A DNA stretch of 64,000 bases from Acidimicrobiia bacterium (GCA_025361725.1 JANYJV010000140.1:9428-73427), one strand, 5' to 3'. Positions 45,852 to 55,018 are shown, counted from the first letter of the stretch. A program made the numbers and translations. The notes: generated from the sequence alone by a model not told the origin.

Positions 45852-46205
45852 TCAATCGTCCTCTGGGAGTTCGGCGGCGTCGTAGCCGGCTCGTGCGACC
45901 GGGATCGCTTCCACGGCTCCCAGCATGCCGAAGGCCGGCACGGTGAGCATGATCGAACCCAGCACTTCGTCCCAGGTTACGCCGACCTCGGCTGCGACGC
46001 GCGCGTGACGCGCGATGCCCGCAGCATTGCGCAGGACCACCGTGCACACGAGCCGGATCAACTCGTGCGTCTTACGATCCGGCGCCGGGAGGGAGTCGAT
46101 CTGGCTCAACCACGCGCTCTGCGCGTCGTGGAGTGCCGGAAACACCTCGTGCAGTGATTCCTCGAAGGGAAAGCTCCAGCCGGATTCGGGCACGGGCGTC
46201 ACCAC
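45852..46205 (-). CDS. carboxymuconolactone decarboxylase (AhpD-like) family protein
   Basis: 117 aa. ...DRKTHELIRLVCTVVLRNAAGIARHARVAAEVGVTWDEVLGSI... is CMD/AhpD-like. The stop lies 2 nt before the DUF35 start. Confidence 0.6.
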   Translation of the reverse strand: MVTPVPESGWSFPFEESLHEVFPALHDAQSAWLSQIDSLPAPDRKTHELIRLVCTVVLRNAAGIARHARVAAEVGVTWDEVLGSIMLTVPAFGMLGAVEAIPVARAGYDAAELPEDD

Positions 46206-46218
46206 CGGGACCGCGCGC

Positions 46219-46629
46219 TCACTCGGCGGGACGGAACTGGACGATCGTGACCTCGTCCGACGTCGGATGGAACACCGCGTCGAGCGCCATGCCGACCTCG
46301 AGCCGGTCGAACTCGCAGTCCACCACGTTGGTCATCATGCGCGGACCTTCGGCGAGGTCGACGACGGCCGCAACGTACGGCACACGTTCATGAAACGGTG
46401 GCAGATCGTTCCGGTGCACGACCGACCAGGTGTACAGCGTCGCCCGTCCCGAAGCGTCCATCCACTCGACGTCCGGACTCCAACAGTGCGGGCAGAACGG
46501 CCGAGGGTAGAAGTGCGTCCTCGTGCACGCATTGCAACGTTTGATCAGCAGACGTCTCTCGCGTGCCGCGTCCCAGAACGGTTGGGTCTCGAGGTCCGGC
46601 TGCGGAAGATCGAATCGCATCGCGGTCAT
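46219..46629 (-). CDS. DUF35 OB-fold / zinc-ribbon protein (second copy)
   Basis: 136 aa with a zinc ribbon KRCNACTRTHFYPRPFCPHCWS followed by an OB-fold. Confidence 0.75.
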   Translation of the reverse strand: MTAMRFDLPQPDLETQPFWDAARERRLLIKRCNACTRTHFYPRPFCPHCWSPDVEWMDASGRATLYTWSVVHRNDLPPFHERVPYVAAVVDLAEGPRMMTNVVDCEFDRLEVGMALDAVFHPTSDEVTIVQFRPAE

Positions 46630-46678
46630 GACGCGTCCTTCTGTCCGCGCCGGTCGCGCCGGTTGAGTCTGCGCACAC

Positions 46679-47110
46679 TCACGCGCGCACGGGCAGGGCG
46701 GCGACGGCGACGGCGGCCAGCTTTGACTCGCCGGCCTGGTTCGTGACGGTGCACTCGAGATCGACTCTTCGCTCCGACCCCTCTTCGTAGGTGCGCAGCA
46801 CCGTGACGTGGGTCGTCAGGACCTCACCGGGCCAGGTCTGCTTGGTGAATCGGATCTTGTAGTTGCGCAGGTTGCCGACGCCGACATAGTCGGTGATCGC
46901 CTTCCCGAGGAGCCCAGCAGTGAACATGCCGTGCCCGAACACACTCGGCAGACCGGCGGCCTGGGCTGCGACCTCGTCGGTGTGCATCGGATTGAAATCA
47001 CCCGACGCGCCGGCGTACATCACGAGATCCGTTCGTGTCAGCTCGTGCGCGTACTCGGGCGCCACATCACCGGCAGTCACGTCGTCGAAGAACAGCTTCG
47101 CCTCACTCAT
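46679..47110 (-). CDS. MaoC-like (R)-specific enoyl-CoA hydratase (hot-dog fold)
   Basis: 143 aa. ...YAGASGDFNPMHTDEVAAQAAGLPSVFGHGM... is the MaoC hydratase motif. Confidence 0.85.
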   Translation of the reverse strand: MSEAKLFFDDVTAGDVAPEYAHELTRTDLVMYAGASGDFNPMHTDEVAAQAAGLPSVFGHGMFTAGLLGKAITDYVGVGNLRNYKIRFTKQTWPGEVLTTHVTVLRTYEEGSERRVDLECTVTNQAGESKLAAVAVAALPVRA

Positions 47111-47196
47111 CCGACCCAGTGTCCCCGCTCCTCCACAGAAGCGTCAACTCTCCGACTGAGGTGCCATCATCGTCGCAGGCCCTCGTCGATCTGTCA

Positions 47197-47243
47197 GCGT
47201 TTGTCGCCGTAGACGTCTCACGGGTGGCGCAAACGACAAACGC
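47197..47243. repeat. 47-nt palindromic repeat, copy 1
   Basis: GCGTTTGTCGCCGTAGACGTCTCACGGGTGGCGCAAACGACAAACGC. The outer arms GCGTTTGTCG and CGACAAACGC are exact reverse complements. It matches copy 3 at 44 of 47 positions. Confidence 0.8.
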
Positions 47244-47293
47244 GAGGCGATGCGACCGGACGGACGGACGATTCACTCGGTGGCATCACCCGA

Positions 47294-47340
47294 GCGTTTG
47301 TCGTCTCGGACATCTGTGAGGTGGTTCAAACGCCAAACGC
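47294..47340. repeat. 47-nt palindromic repeat, copy 2 (degenerate)
   Basis: GCGTTTGTCGTCTCGGACATCTGTGAGGTGGTTCAAACGCCAAACGC, matching copy 3 at 36 of 47 positions, in the same orientation and register. It overlaps the last codons of the DUF559 pseudogene. Confidence 0.6.
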
Positions 47341-48248
47341 TCGCACCGACTGCACGATGTCGGCGTCGGTGTCCTTCGACGCGAAGGTGAGGACCCGCCA
47401 TCCGACGGCCGTGAGATCTCTCGCTCGTTTTGCATCGCCGTCGAAGGCGGTCCGTGTCCGGTGCGCATCGAAACCGTGATACTCCAAGGCCAGGCGAATG
47501 TCCGGGTAGGCCGCGTCGATGAAATACTTCTTCGGTCCGCAGCGAACCGGGTGTTGCCCGACCGGCTCGGAGAGGCCACCCTCACGCAACACCCGGAACA
47601 GACGCATTTCGGGCCGGCTGTCTGCGGTATCGGCCTCCGCCCCCGTTCGGCGATGAGCAGTCGCAACGTCTTCATCCGACGGCCGGGCGCAGGACCGAGG
47701 CGTTCCGCGGTCTCGGCGATCTCGTCGATCGTCACCAGCCGTCTCACCAAGGCGTCATCCATGACGCGCGCCAGCTGACCCATCGACAGGAGGCCTGTGC
47801 AGTGCACGATGGTGCAGGCGACCGACATCACGGGAATGCCGTCGATCGAAGCTCGGTCCTGAGGCGCAAGCACCAAACTGCGATGGACCACTACTCCCCG
47901 GAGCCGAAGCGCAGTTGTGCCGCCGACGGTCACGATGATCCGAGTCCGAGCGATTTCGTCGAGCCAGTACAGCGCAGCACCCGTCAGATGGGACGCCAAC
48001 GCGTCGCTCCCGGCCGCGAGTACCGCTGCCATCACCTTGTGATTCCACGACATCGGAGTCCCGGCGATTGCGTACACCCCCGGATGTCGGATGACTCAGA
48101 TCCCCGACTCGAGTCGGTGCTCCACCATCGAGCGGCTCATCCCGACGCCGACGGCCTGCTCGCGTGTCACCAACCCGAGTTGTCGTTGCGCCATCGTCGC
48201 AATTTCGTCCACGAGACGCACTCCTCTGCGGGTCGCACGCGGACGCAT
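47326..48248 (-). pseudogene. DUF559 (Vsr-like endonuclease domain) protein gene, disrupted by an in-frame TGA and a 1-nt frameshift
   Basis: My translation from ATG 48248 gives MRPRATRRGVRLVDEIATMAQRQLGLVTREQAVGVGMSRSMVEHRLESGI-TGA(48098-48096)-VIRHPGVYAIAGTPMSWNHKV... This runs on as track ORF 47286..48077 until ...LLIAERG. The DUF559 domain (MRLFRVLREGGLSEPVGQHPV...FIDAAYPDIRLALEYHGFDAH...GWRVLTF) then continues in the -1 frame (track ORF 47326..47607). The switch is at a C5 run, 47640-47644. The total length of 923 nt is 1 nt short of a multiple of 3. Confidence 0.7.
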
Positions 48249-48403
48249 CGATCGTGAACTTCTGGTGTGCATGGCTCGGCCCTCACCGTCATCGTCGCGA
48301 CGTCGTCGCGTACCTTCAAACGGGGGAAGCCATGAGGAAGCTCTCGCACAATACCGAGAGTGTGACAGCCATCATGAAGGTGCCGGAGGCGGCCCACAAC
48401 ACG

Positions 48404-48450
48404 GCGTTTGTCGCCGTGAACATCTCACGGGTGGCGCAAACGACAAACGC
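48404..48450. repeat. 47-nt palindromic repeat, copy 3
   Basis: GCGTTTGTCGCCGTGAACATCTCACGGGTGGCGCAAACGACAAACGC. It has the same outer 10-bp arms as copy 1 plus an inner 6-bp hairpin (CCGTGA/TCACGG). It ends 31 nt before the forward coordinate of the fused ACAD stop (48482). Confidence 0.8.
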
Positions 48451-48481
48451 CGGAGATGGGTTGGGGATGTGTGAGTTCGCT

Positions 48482-50659
48482 TCACGGGTCTTTGGGGAGG
48501 CCGAGGACTCGCTCGCCGATGATGTTGCGCTGAATTTCGCTGGTGCCACCGGCGATAGTGAGGTTCCGGGTGAAGAGGAACTGCTCGGACCAACCGGCCG
48601 CGGGACCCTCGGCGACCGCGCCGTCGGGGCCGAACATCGCAAGCCCAACTTCTTGCACGCGCTGGTCGTGTTCCACGCCGAGGAGTTTGCGGACCGACGC
48701 CTCCGAGCCGGACGGATCCGCGCCGCCGAGGGCGGAGAGCATCAGCCGGTATCCGAGCACCGACAACGCGTAGTCCCTGGCGACGAGTTCGCCGACCTCG
48801 CTCAGCGTTGCGGTGTCCGATTCCACGCCTTGCTCGCGCACCATGTCGAGGATCCCGCGTACCCCTCGGCCGATGGTGGATCCGTTCCCCATGAAGACGC
48901 GCTCGTTCGCCAGCGACGTGCGCGTGGCGCGCCAACCGTCGTGTTCACGGCCGACGAGACAGTCGTCGGGAATGAACACGTCGTTGAAGAAGACCTCATT
49001 GAAGAACGCGTGACCAGTGAGTTCGCGCAGCGGCCGGATGTCGATCCCGGGGGTGTTCATGTCCAGCATGAAGAACGAGATGCCCTCGTGCTTGGGTACC
49101 TCCGGATCGGTGCGAGCAAGCAGGATTCCCCAGCTGGCCTCCTTGGCCATCGAGGTCCACACTTTCTGGCCGTTGACCAACCAACCGCCTTCGATGCGCT
49201 CGGCGCGCGTGGACAGGCTTGCGAGGTCCGAACCCGCGCCGGGCTCGCTGAACAGCTGACACCAGCTGATATCGCCGTGCAGCGTGGGCGGGATCCATCG
49301 TTGCTGCTGTTCGACGGTGCCGTAGATCATCAGCGGCGGCAACGCCCACGCCCCGATCATCAGGGACGGTCGCGCCACCTTCGCGGCGCGGAACTCTTCG
49401 TCGATCACGAGCTGTTCGATGGCACCGGCATCGCGACCCCACGGCCGGGGCCACTGCGGTGCGAGGTAGCCGCCCTCGGCAAGCGCGACGCGAGTCGAGG
49501 CCGGGTCGAGACCTTGGAGCCCGTCGACGAACCCGGCCACCTCGGCTCGGATCGGTGCCGCCACCTCGGGGAGGTCCACCACCATCCGCCGGATTGCGCC
49601 TCCGAGCGCGTGCTGCGCACTCCGGACTCGCCACGACGACGACGTTCCCACCAACGCACGGGTCGTGATCGCCCGGCGTAGGTACACGTGGGCGTCGTGT
49701 TCCCACGTGAACCCGATACCACCCAGGACCTGCACGCAGTCCTTGGCGGTCTCGAAGAAGGAGTCGATCGTCAGCGCCCCGGCCGCGGCGGCAGTGAACG
49801 CCGCAGTCTCTGGATCGTCGATGCCCCGCGCCGCGTCCCACACGGCCGCCCGCGCCAACTCGGTGCGCGCCAGCATGTTGGCGCACCGGTGTTTCACTCC
49901 TTGGAACTGGCCGATCGGGCGTCCGAACTGGCGCCGGTCACGTGCGTAATCCGCGGCCGTGTCCACACACCACTGCGACGCGCCCACCGCATCCGCGGCG
50001 AACATCACGACGGCAAGATCTCGCACGCGGTCCGTCGGCACCGAGACGAACAGTCGTGACGCCGGAACCGTCGCGCCGACAGCAACACGCGCAACCCGAC
50101 GCGTGGGGTCGACGGTCGGCGCCTCCGCGGCCTCGTACTCTCCGGCCCGCAGCACGACCCACCCTCGCTCCGTGGGCGCGACGAGGAGACCGCTCAGGTG
50201 GCCCGAGAGCACCGAGCTCAGCTCGCCGTCGACGCGGATCTCCTCTGCACCCCCACCGTCGATCACCTGCAGTGAGCCATTCAGCGCGACGGCGCCGACG
50301 AGTCCGCCGGCGGCCAAGGATTCGAGGTGCTCTCGTACTTCGGTCTCACCGGTGCGGACCGCGTCAACCAACACTGCAACTGCGAGCGCGTGCGCGAGGA
50401 AGGGACCCGGCGCGCCGGCCCGACCCAACTCTTCGAGCACCACCACCACCTCTTCGAACGATGCACCTTCACCGCCATGGGCTTCGTCGACGGCCAGGCC
50501 CAACCAGCCCTGGCCCGTCAGCTCGGACCAGAACGAAGGAAGTCCTTCTTCGGGCGCGTCGAGGAGCGCACGCGGTACCGCCGGCGGACAATGGCGTTCG
50601 ACCCAACCCCGGACGGCTCGATGAAGGTGCTGGTGGTCTTCGCTGATCCCGATCGGCAT
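48482..50659 (-). CDS. fused two-module acyl-CoA dehydrogenase (beta-like module followed by alpha-like module)
   Basis: Track ORF 48482..51184, trimmed to ATG 50659 ([12 protein letters not shown]...). The N-terminal module ends ...[21 protein letters not shown], like 41764..42843. The C-terminal module has ...[17 protein letters not shown]...[11 protein letters not shown]...[22 protein letters not shown], like 40523..41716. The protein is 725 aa. Confidence 0.8.
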   Translation of the reverse strand: MPIGISEDHQHLHRAVRGWVERHCPPAVPRALLDAPEEGLPSFWSELTGQGWLGLAVDEAHGGEGASFEEVVVVLEELGRAGAPGPFLAHALAVAVLVDAVRTGETEVREHLESLAAGGLVGAVALNGSLQVIDGGGAEEIRVDGELSSVLSGHLSGLLVAPTERGWVVLRAGEYEAAEAPTVDPTRRVARVAVGATVPASRLFVSVPTDRVRDLAVVMFAADAVGASQWCVDTAADYARDRRQFGRPIGQFQGVKHRCANMLARTELARAAVWDAARGIDDPETAAFTAAAAGALTIDSFFETAKDCVQVLGGIGFTWEHDAHVYLRRAITTRALVGTSSSWRVRSAQHALGGAIRRMVVDLPEVAAPIRAEVAGFVDGLQGLDPASTRVALAEGGYLAPQWPRPWGRDAGAIEQLVIDEEFRAAKVARPSLMIGAWALPPLMIYGTVEQQQRWIPPTLHGDISWCQLFSEPGAGSDLASLSTRAERIEGGWLVNGQKVWTSMAKEASWGILLARTDPEVPKHEGISFFMLDMNTPGIDIRPLRELTGHAFFNEVFFNDVFIPDDCLVGREHDGWRATRTSLANERVFMGNGSTIGRGVRGILDMVREQGVESDTATLSEVGELVARDYALSVLGYRLMLSALGGADPSGSEASVRKLLGVEHDQRVQEVGLAMFGPDGAVAEGPAAGWSEQFLFTRNLTIAGGTSEIQRNIIGERVLGLPKDP

Positions 50660-50804
50660 CCGGGGATCGTACGGGCGCCGCTCCGGCCCTTCGGACCCGC
50701 CTGCGGCGCAGGAGTAGATGCGAGACCGCCCGGACTCGCTGACCGTTGCGATACCCCGCAATAGGCTGCGCCGACTCGATTCAACATTTCTTGGGAGGGA
50801 CGCC

Positions 50805-52529
50805 ATGGCCGATCTCGTGATCACCGGCGGAACACTGGTCGACGGCACCGGGGCGGCGCCTCGCCTCGCCGACATCGCGGTCGAGGATGGCCGCGTCACC
50901 GAGGTCGGGGACGCCGGTTCCTTGCGCGCCACCAACGCCACCCGCACCATCGACGCCGACGGCCTGCTGGTCACCCCCGGATTCGTGGACATCCACACCC
51001 ACTTCGACGGCCAGATCACGTGGGATCCGCTGCTCACGCCGTCGTGTTGGCACGGCGTGACCACCGTGGTCATGGGGAACTGCGGTGTGGGCTTTGCTCC
51101 AGTGCAGCCCGACAAGCATGAGTGGCTGATCGGCCTCATGGAAGGCGTCGAGGACATCCCCGGTGCCGCGTTGTCCGAGGGCATCCAGTGGGGTTGGGAG
51201 ACCTACCCCGAGTACCTCGACGCCGTTGATCAACTACCGAAGGCCATCGACATCGGTTCCCAGATCCCTCACGGGGCGGTCCGCGCGTACGTGATGGGTG
51301 AACGGGGGGCGAAGAACGAACCGGCCACCGCCGACGACATCGCGGCGATGGCCGAAATCGTCCGAGACGCGATTTTGGCCGGCGCGCTCGGCGTCTCGAC
51401 CTCCCGCACGATTGCCCACATGGCCATCGACGGCGAGCCCGTGCCCGGTACCTTCGCGGCCGAGGACGAGCTGTTCGGTATCGGCGCCGCCCTCGCCGAG
51501 GCCGGCGCAGGCCTCTTCGAGCTGGCGCCCGCCGGCGCCCTGGGTGAGGACCTCGCAGCGCCGGACCGAGAGATGGACTGGATGCGGCGGCTCTCGGCCG
51601 CGATCGGGCGCCCGGTGACGTTCGCACTCACCCAGAACGACCACGACCCCGAAAGCTGGCGGTCGATGCTGAAGTTGGCCGGTGACGCTCGGGCCGAGGG
51701 TGCGCGCGTGCGCCCGCAAGTGGCCGGCCGTCCGGTCACACTGCTGCTCGGGATCCAGACGTTCCACCCCTTCGCGTACTGTCCGAGTTGGGCCGAGATC
51801 GGGCTGCTCTCCGTCGCCGATCGGGTCGGCACCCTTCGTGCCAATGCGGAGCTGCGCGCCCGCCTGATCGCGGAGGCTGAGCACGCCGACCCGGCGATGG
51901 CCCAGTTCCTCGATCCCTCTCGCGCGTACCCGCTCGGCGACCCGCCCAACTACGAGCCTCACCCGTCCGAGAGTGTGGCCGCACGCGCTGCTCAGGCCGG
52001 TCGGAACGTCCACGAGTTGTACCTCGAACTCCTCATGGAAGACGACGGCCGCGCGCTCATCATGCGTCCGCTGCTCAACTACACGGACTCGAACCTGGAC
52101 GCGGTGCGCGAAATGCTGCTGCACCCCACGAGTGCGTGGGGACTCGGCGACGGTGGCGCGCACTGCGGCACCACTTGCGACGCGTCCACTCCCACGTTCA
52201 TGCTGACCCATTGGGCGCGCGATCGAGACCACGATCAGCTCCCGCTCGAGTGGGTGGTGCGGAAGATGACGTCAGAAACGGCCTCGCTCTACGGCCTCGG
52301 CGACCGCGGTGTCGTGGCACCCGGGATGCGCGCCGACCTCAACGTGATCGACCACGCGGGTTTGCAACTTCACGCGCCGGAAATGGCACACGACCTGCCC
52401 GGTGACGCCCGGCGCTTCATCCAGAAAGCCGACGGGTATGTGGCCACGATCCTCGCCGGTCAGGTCACGCTCGAACACGGTGCCGACACCGGGGCGCGCC
52501 CGGGTCAGCTCATCCGCGGAGCACGCTGA
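50805..52529 (+). CDS. N-acyl-D-amino-acid deacylase (D-aminoacylase) family amidohydrolase, second copy
   Basis: Track ORF 50718..52529, trimmed to ATG 50805, which is preceded by GGGAGGGA (50793-50800). [16 protein letters not shown]...[12 protein letters not shown]...[13 protein letters not shown]... Confidence 0.85.
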   Translation: MADLVITGGTLVDGTGAAPRLADIAVEDGRVTEVGDAGSLRATNATRTIDADGLLVTPGFVDIHTHFDGQITWDPLLTPSCWHGVTTVVMGNCGVGFAPVQPDKHEWLIGLMEGVEDIPGAALSEGIQWGWETYPEYLDAVDQLPKAIDIGSQIPHGAVRAYVMGERGAKNEPATADDIAAMAEIVRDAILAGALGVSTSRTIAHMAIDGEPVPGTFAAEDELFGIGAALAEAGAGLFELAPAGALGEDLAAPDREMDWMRRLSAAIGRPVTFALTQNDHDPESWRSMLKLAGDARAEGARVRPQVAGRPVTLLLGIQTFHPFAYCPSWAEIGLLSVADRVGTLRANAELRARLIAEAEHADPAMAQFLDPSRAYPLGDPPNYEPHPSESVAARAAQAGRNVHELYLELLMEDDGRALIMRPLLNYTDSNLDAVREMLLHPTSAWGLGDGGAHCGTTCDASTPTFMLTHWARDRDHDQLPLEWVVRKMTSETASLYGLGDRGVVAPGMRADLNVIDHAGLQLHAPEMAHDLPGDARRFIQKADGYVATILAGQVTLEHGADTGARPGQLIRGAR

Positions 52530-53671
52530 ACTCCCCCGAGGCGCCGTAGCGCACGGGCGCCGGATTCCCAGCCGCCGAGCGCGGTCACGATCATGGAGCC
52601 GATAACCACGGCTCTGACCACGACGATGACAGGGACGAGATTCCCGGCGACGCTCGAGTCCACGAGACCGTGGAAGCGCCCGAACACCACGACGTACATG
52701 GCGAGATCCGCCGCGCAGAACGCGACCCACTGGCGGCGAGAGAACGGCACGAGCACGAAGAACGGCACCAGCCACACGTCGTAGTTCGGTGAGTACACCT
52801 TGTTGCTCAGCATGAAGATGGCCACGACCGCAGCGCCGACCGCCGCCGCGTCCAGGCGGCGACACACTCCGAGGACCGAGATCGTGATCAAGCCCAGCGC
52901 GAGCAGCGCGAACGCGACGGTGTTCGCGACCTTGGCCGGGTCCGAGAACTCCGCCAGTCGCGTGATGCCCCACGGCGGTGACGTGACCCACGAGACGAGA
53001 CTCCCCCACGTTGCGTGCCTTGCGCCCTGGAACTTCGCCGGGTAGCTCCAACCTGTCCAGGTGGCCAGAGCCACCGGCGCGTTCAGTACCACGGTGACCG
53101 CAACCCCACTCGCGGCCATTCGGATCGCTCCCCGCCGGTCACCGTCGAACCAGCGTCGCACCACCAACGGCGCCAGGATCAGACCGGGAAAGACCTTGGT
53201 CGAGAGGCCCAGGCCGAGCCACGCGCCGGCGTTCACATCCTCACCGCGCCCGTACGCGAGGATCCCCAAGACCGCCGGAACCATCGCGAACAGATCCCAG
53301 TTGTGGAATGCGTACAACAGCACCGGGAGTCCAATCACCCAGCGGAGCACTCGCGCAGGAGCCAGGGACGAGAGCAGGCGCGTCATGACGAAGGCGAGGC
53401 CGGCACTCATCAGCGCCGTCAGTACGAAGAACGTGGTGGCCGACCGTCCGACGATGGCGGTCAGGTACGCCACCATGCCGATGACCACCGGATACTCGAC
53501 TCGGCGGTCCAGGTACGGCAACGCGTGAGGTCCGAGATGCCACGCGAAATACCGACCGGGGATGTCTCCGAGCGCGGTGTGCCCGCCATGGCGGTAGACC
53601 GCGAGTTGCAGCGCCGCCGAGGCCACCAGCGTCAGCGCGGTGAGCCGGTACGCGGTTCGTCGTGAGATCAC
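52505..53671 (-). CDS. polytopic membrane protein, DUF2029/GT87-like glycosyltransferase candidate
   Basis: 388 aa with about 10 TM segments. ...HALPYLDRRVEYPVVIGMVAY...FHNWDLFAMVPAVLGILAY...LSTKVFPGLILAPL... resembles the GT87/DUF2029 membrane mannosyltransferase pattern as I remember it. The GTG start overlaps the patatin stop (GTGA, 53668-53671). Confidence 0.5.
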   Translation of the reverse strand: MISRRTAYRLTALTLVASAALQLAVYRHGGHTALGDIPGRYFAWHLGPHALPYLDRRVEYPVVIGMVAYLTAIVGRSATTFFVLTALMSAGLAFVMTRLLSSLAPARVLRWVIGLPVLLYAFHNWDLFAMVPAVLGILAYGRGEDVNAGAWLGLGLSTKVFPGLILAPLVVRRWFDGDRRGAIRMAASGVAVTVVLNAPVALATWTGWSYPAKFQGARHATWGSLVSWVTSPPWGITRLAEFSDPAKVANTVAFALLALGLITISVLGVCRRLDAAAVGAAVVAIFMLSNKVYSPNYDVWLVPFFVLVPFSRRQWVAFCAADLAMYVVVFGRFHGLVDSSVAGNLVPVIVVVRAVVIGSMIVTALGGWESGARALRRLGGVQRAPRMS

Positions 53672-54987
53672 GCGGTCAGACCGCAGCCACCGGGAGCCAA
53701 CGGTGCGCCCGCCGTCACGCGCGCTTCAACAAGACGCGCCAGGGTCGCCAACTCGCGTCGTTCGGCATCAGGGTCGGCGAGCGCGGCGGCGAGGTCCGAT
53801 TGCAGCAGTCCCGGCACCGGTCCTCGGGCCACTCGCAAACGCATTCGGGTCCGCGCGATCTCCGCACTCAGCGCGCACTGCTCGTCGTCGAGATCCAGCA
53901 ACACATCTGCGGCGCGCATGTACCCGTAGTCGATCGACGCGGCAATGAGTTCCGGATCGATGGTCAACGCGTCGTGCACATCGAGTTCGGGCACGATCAC
54001 AGTGACCCGCCGACCCCAACCGCGCGGTGGATTGATCTCCTTCAACAGTGTCTCGTCTGGCGCAATGTCCGCAGAGACGCGTCGAGCGATCTCGAGCAGT
54101 CCGCGATCACCGGCGTCCGACCACGGATCGACCCCGGGAGCAGAGGCCACCACCGCGAAGATGTGGCCGGCGCCGAGACCGTTGAACGCCAGCGCGAGCG
54201 GCAGGATCTCCCGAACGCCACCGTCCACATAGTGCTCGCCACCCAGCGCGATGGGTGGGAACACGACCGGGATGGACGCGGACGCGAGGATGGCGTCGTG
54301 CACCGGTACCGGCTCGACGTCGAGGGCCTCGCCTTTGCGGCCGTAGAACCGTCCGTGCTCGTCGATGTAACGCAGGTCGCCGGTCTCCAAGCTGACTGCA
54401 CCCACGCGCAGCGTCAGGCCGGACTGCTGCATCAGCTCCGGCGAAACGTGCTCGGCGACGATCTGGCGGACCGGGTCCATGTTGAGCAGTGACTTCGCAC
54501 GGAGTGCCGCGCGCAATGCTTCGACGGTGCCGTCGGCGGTCGGCGGGTGCCGCACGATCTCTCCGAGCATCCGCATGACAACCCGAGTCTGACTGCCGGC
54601 ACTCCCGTGCTCCCCGGCGCGGCCACGAAGCTCGGACGCCCACGTGGCCTGCGACCGCAGCTTGTCCAACCACGGCTCCGTGAGCCACATGTCTCGGTTC
54701 GTCTTCAAACCCCGCCAGATGCCTTCGAGGTCGTCGATGGGACGCCGACCGGTCTCATCGTCTTCGCCTTCGGCCAGCTTGGCCGCAATGATCGCGCCGA
54801 CCGATGACCCCACGAGGATGGAAGGCCGCAGCCCGAGATCGTCGTACAAGAACCGCAACACACCGACTTCGAAACTGCCCTGAGAGCCACCGCCGCTCAA
54901 GACGAAGGCGATGGGTCGGCGCGCCATTCGGCGCCGCAGGTTCGTGCGCGCGATCCGGACCAGCCGGGGGACGTCGAGTTCGGCCAT
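53668..54987 (-). CDS. patatin-like phospholipase
   Basis: 439 aa with an oxyanion hole FVLSGGGSQG, a nucleophile elbow GSSVGA (GxSxG), and the Asp of the dyad in HYVDGGV. Confidence 0.85.
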   Translation of the reverse strand: MAELDVPRLVRIARTNLRRRMARRPIAFVLSGGGSQGSFEVGVLRFLYDDLGLRPSILVGSSVGAIIAAKLAEGEDDETGRRPIDDLEGIWRGLKTNRDMWLTEPWLDKLRSQATWASELRGRAGEHGSAGSQTRVVMRMLGEIVRHPPTADGTVEALRAALRAKSLLNMDPVRQIVAEHVSPELMQQSGLTLRVGAVSLETGDLRYIDEHGRFYGRKGEALDVEPVPVHDAILASASIPVVFPPIALGGEHYVDGGVREILPLALAFNGLGAGHIFAVVASAPGVDPWSDAGDRGLLEIARRVSADIAPDETLLKEINPPRGWGRRVTVIVPELDVHDALTIDPELIAASIDYGYMRAADVLLDLDDEQCALSAEIARTRMRLRVARGPVPGLLQSDLAAALADPDAERRELATLARLVEARVTAGAPLAPGGCGLTA

Positions 54988-55018
54988 CAGCAGACCACTG
55001 GTTCCGAGCGGGAGCCGC

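Noticed and set aside
47286-48077. 263-aa track ORF as an intact protein
   Set aside because: Only its first ~145 codons are family-like. After the C5 run at 47640-47644 the translation becomes Arg/Ser/Pro-rich nonsense, while the real DUF559 domain continues in another frame. I therefore annotated it as part of the pseudogene at 47326..48248.
48096-48098. In-frame TGA in the DUF559 gene as possible selenocysteine or programmed read-through
   Set aside because: The TGA replaces a conserved Trp codon position. The same gene also carries an independent frameshift, and I see no SECIS-like hairpin immediately downstream. Simple gene decay, or a sequencing error, is the more economical explanation.
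48164-49681. 505-aa plus-strand ORF antisense to the fused ACAD, plus the 127-aa ORF at 48091..48474
   Set aside because: Both lie antisense or out of frame to sequences with clear homology on the minus strand (ACAD motifs and the DUF559 pseudogene N-terminus). Their composition is Arg/Gly/Asp-biased and no motifs are present.
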